From Sphyrna mokarran (lineage: Eukaryota), in NCBI GenBank assembly GCA_024679065.1, contig JAGIQG010000023.1, positions 10,292,001 through 10,356,000 of the forward strand: 64,000 bases of DNA, read 5' to 3'. Positions 60,701 through 64,000 of the stretch are shown here, in pieces. How positions within the stretch are numbered: position 1 is the stretch's first letter; each line of letters starts with the position of its first letter. Position numbers and translations under genes: made by a program. A model generated the notes under the pieces. The model was not told where the DNA came from. It saw nothing but the letters and a program-made list of their open reading frames with translations, and did no database searches.

Positions 60701-63700
60701 TATTTGCTCATCTAATTCTTTTCCACTACTTGGGGGGCTTATTCTGAAGGTACATGAAGAATGGTGCTCACTGAGAGCTCAGACCATCATCAATACTGTT
60801 AATAAACAGGATATTGTGGGGAGTGCAGGCTGTGACACTCAGCTACTCATCAGCAGTCTTCAGCCCCTGCCCACTGAGCACAGTTCTTGGGAAGGTAAAG
60901 CCCTGCCTCAGGCTGATCTATATATCATGGGTGGGTGACTGAATCCTTCCTGAGCAAATGGGACTGAAGTCCTCCCAGGCAGGAATCGTGCAGCAGGAGT
61001 TTGTTTTGCAGTTGTTGATCTCAGGGGAAGGGACAATAAAAAGTTGCTCAGTGCCAGCCTGCACAGATATGGTTTTGACCACAGAACTTGTCACTTTACA
61101 GGATGTTGAACCATTTGCTCAGATCTTCATCGAGTTGTGAATAAACAGTAAATCAGCAGGTGCACTTGTGAATCTACTTCACACGTTCAGCGCTCTGTGG
61201 GAAGGGGCAATGATGAATCTTCTTGTCCAACACTTGCATCATTTTATACATTTTATACTCGAGCTCAGAAATTTCCAACCAGGGGATTCCTGAGAATGTT
61301 TCAGGGGGCCCGTTGTTAAAAGGCAGATACAATTCGCCTCATTTATCGAATACATGATTGTGTTGGTGAACAAGGACAAGCTGATTAAACTCACTCAGAT
61401 TATATTTATATTCGGGCAGCACAGTGGCGTAGTGGTTAGCATTGCTGCCTCATAACACCAGATGCTTGGGTTCAATTCCTGGATTGGGTCACTGTCTGTG
61501 TATAGTTTACACTTACTTCCCTGGGTTTCCTCCAGATGCTCCGGTTTTCTCCCACAGTCCGAATGACGTGCTGGTTAGGCGTATTGGGCACGCTAAATTC
61601 TCCCTCAGCATACCCGAACAGGTGCCAGAATACGGAGACAAAGGGATTTTCATAGTAACTTCATTGCAGTGTTAATGTAAGCCTATTTGTGACACTGATA
61701 AATAAACTTCAAGCTTTTAAGATCTTCCTCCATGTCAACTTTCTACATTTATTGCAACATGACAAACGCAGAACATCAGGAATTACGGATACAGAGGGAA
61801 TCTCATTGAAATAACTCTTCAATCTCCTCAGTATAAAGAAAGTTGTAATGAAAGTCTCCAATCTCAGTATCTTTGTGGAATCAATATTAAACAGAATGTG
61901 ATTGAAACACAGCTCCGTACAAAGAACAGGATTTGAATTCCAAACTCTATTTCTGACAATCGGACTCTGTTGACCCGACTGCAGAGAGTTCAGGTGCTTG
62001 TTGACAGAGCCAAGGTCAAATAAATCCCTAAATGTGTCCAAATGTTCGAGTGGAGTTTATCCAGCGTATCAGGGACATTTCCCAGTACGGATCACTGCAA
62101 TAATTCTTGCTGGTTCAGACTCCAGGTGATGTCTCCAGTGACCGATCTCCTCACGTGTCACAGAATTCCCTTCAGCCAAGAACTGGGGGAGTTGCATTCA
62201 GCAGAGTGGAATCATAGAATCATAGAAACTCTACAGTACAGAAAAATCAACCCCCCGAGTCTGCACCAACCACAATCTCACCCAATGCCCTCCTCATAAA
62301 TCTCTACCAACTAATCCCCCTTTCCTATGAATCCCAGGACACTAAGAGCAATTTTTAGCATTGCCAGTCGATCTAATCCGCACATCTTTGGACTGTGGGA
62401 GGAAACCAGAGCACACGGAGGAAACCCATGCAGATGTGAAGAGAATGTGCAAACGGCACACAGACAGTGACACAGGAATTGAACCCAGGTCCCTGGAGTT
62501 TTGAAGTAGCAGTGCTAACCACTGTGCTACCATTCTACCCTGTGGATGGAGGCGCACAGAGCCAATGACAGTGTATCAGTCTGCCTGATACTCTCGATGC
62601 TCTGAATTTTAGGCTTGACATGGAAGCATGATTAGCAGCCTGGAGGCAGGTGTGGTATCCACTGCTCAAGCCTCTGACCCCAATTCCATTCTGGCCGGCC
62701 AGTGGGAAACATGTGGGGAATGGCTCACTATTAACTTGTATGGGTGGCAGCAGGGCATATACCAGGTGTAATGAGGTTTCTGGGGGACGGGGGGATTTGG
62801 AAGTGGAGACCAGGAAATTGTTGAGTCCAAGGCAGATGAGGAGTCTCTGGAGTTGTCCATCAGATGGCAGTTGTTGGATTTCCAACAAGATGCACAAGAA
62901 AATGTGGAAAAGATCCCTGAACATCTGTGTCCCATTGTCCCTGCGTTGGGTGCAGCATGTGGAGTGTGAGCGCTGCATTGACCCTGCACTCTGAACACAG
63001 CCTCTTCCATAGAGAGAATGATGGCAGTCATGGACACATACTCAAAGGTTTCTGGGATTGTGTTCAGACGTGCAAGCCAGCAAACTGGCCGTGACCACAG
63101 CAGCTCACTGCTAATGTGAGCAATGTGTGAACAAAAGCTGTTGTTTTTAATACTTAGGTGATTTTTGTGTTGTTCTGTGAACTGGGTTATGTATCTTTAT
63201 ATGTGACTAATAACCTTCAACTGGGACTAGTAATCTGCAGGATTAAGGATATCAAAGAAATCTGGGTGTGCAAGATGCACTTGGAGTAAATCTGGCCAAG
63301 TTGAATTTTCAGAAAGTAACTATGACATGGATAGAAATTTGCATTAGGAGATAAAGACGTTTCTTGTGTTCAGCTGCTAAATTTAAAAGGGAAGTAAAAG
63401 GTTTTACAATTTGGAAAATGTTCTTAATAAATAACGCAAAGTTAATCCATTTTGTTTCACCCAAAAGTGGTATCATATGTTCTGAGAAATAGAAAATTTT
63501 AAGAAGTATAAGGAGAAAGGTAAAAAGATAAAAGAGAAAACAAGGGGACAATTCTCCCATCTCTCTGCACTACTCTATTCTGCCCAGTGGGTAGGCCATT
63601 TCGGGGGCTTCTTGCTGGACACTACGGCCTCCGGGAGTCTCCGTGTGTCAGGTTTCCAGCGCCGTCAGCTCTGCGTGATCTCTGGTGCAGAGCTGCATAA

Positions 63701-64000
63701 CTTATTCAACTTGTCATTCAAATCCTATTTAAGTATTATTAGCAGGATCAGGACTGCGATCTCCGGGGCCTGTTAACCCCTTCCCCACACACCAGCAGTG
63801 TTTCATTCCAACCGAGTTTATTATAGTCCAACCCTCCCCCCACACTTGTGGGGATCTGGTCGCCCAACCCTTCTGGAACGAAGAGGGGTGGGGGTGTGGA
63901 GACAATTGAGACCACCCCCCTCCCCCCCGCAAGAATGTGGCACTGTAATCTCCCACTCAGTCGAGGCCTGCACCAACTACACAGGCCAGGGCAAGGCTGC

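Larger units (their letters stand above)
54341..63990 (+). repeat. Segmental duplication, copy 2 (runs to the window edge)
   Basis: Colinear with 28252-38023. Lacks ~28800-29028 and carries a private insert at 55309-55397. Confidence 0.95.

Overview
Vertebrate genomic DNA, almost certainly from a cartilaginous fish (shark/ray), judged from many HE1-like V-SINEs, CR1 LINEs and Penelope-type palindromes. The window holds two complete + strand paralogous Ig-superfamily receptor genes that the ORF track shows only in fragments. Gene A (ATG 6978 to ~30522) splices as leader-V1-C1-V2-C2-V3-C3-Ser/Thr stalk-TM-terminal exon (703 aa by my exon model). Gene B (ATG 39905 to ~56467) splices as leader-V-C-stalk-TM-short tail (311 aa). 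The V domains are CD300/pIgR/TREM-type (KYWC..C, DAGWYxCG). They alternate with four- or five-cysteine C2-type exons. The TM segment carries an arginine (WNVIRWGLF) and the tail has no tyrosine, which points to adaptor-coupled activating receptors, plausibly related to skate MDIRs (inference). The TM exon and ~9.7 kb downstream are duplicated almost identically between the genes (offset ~25,956), while the ectodomains have diverged. The rest is transposon-rich: a full-length but frameshifted CR1, RTE and Harbinger remnants, a 5S-derived sequence, a probable degraded ERV/env insertion in gene A intron 1, hammerhead-like palindromes and three short locally templated insertions. Exon models come from splice signals, phase continuity and paralog comparison; no transcript evidence is available.
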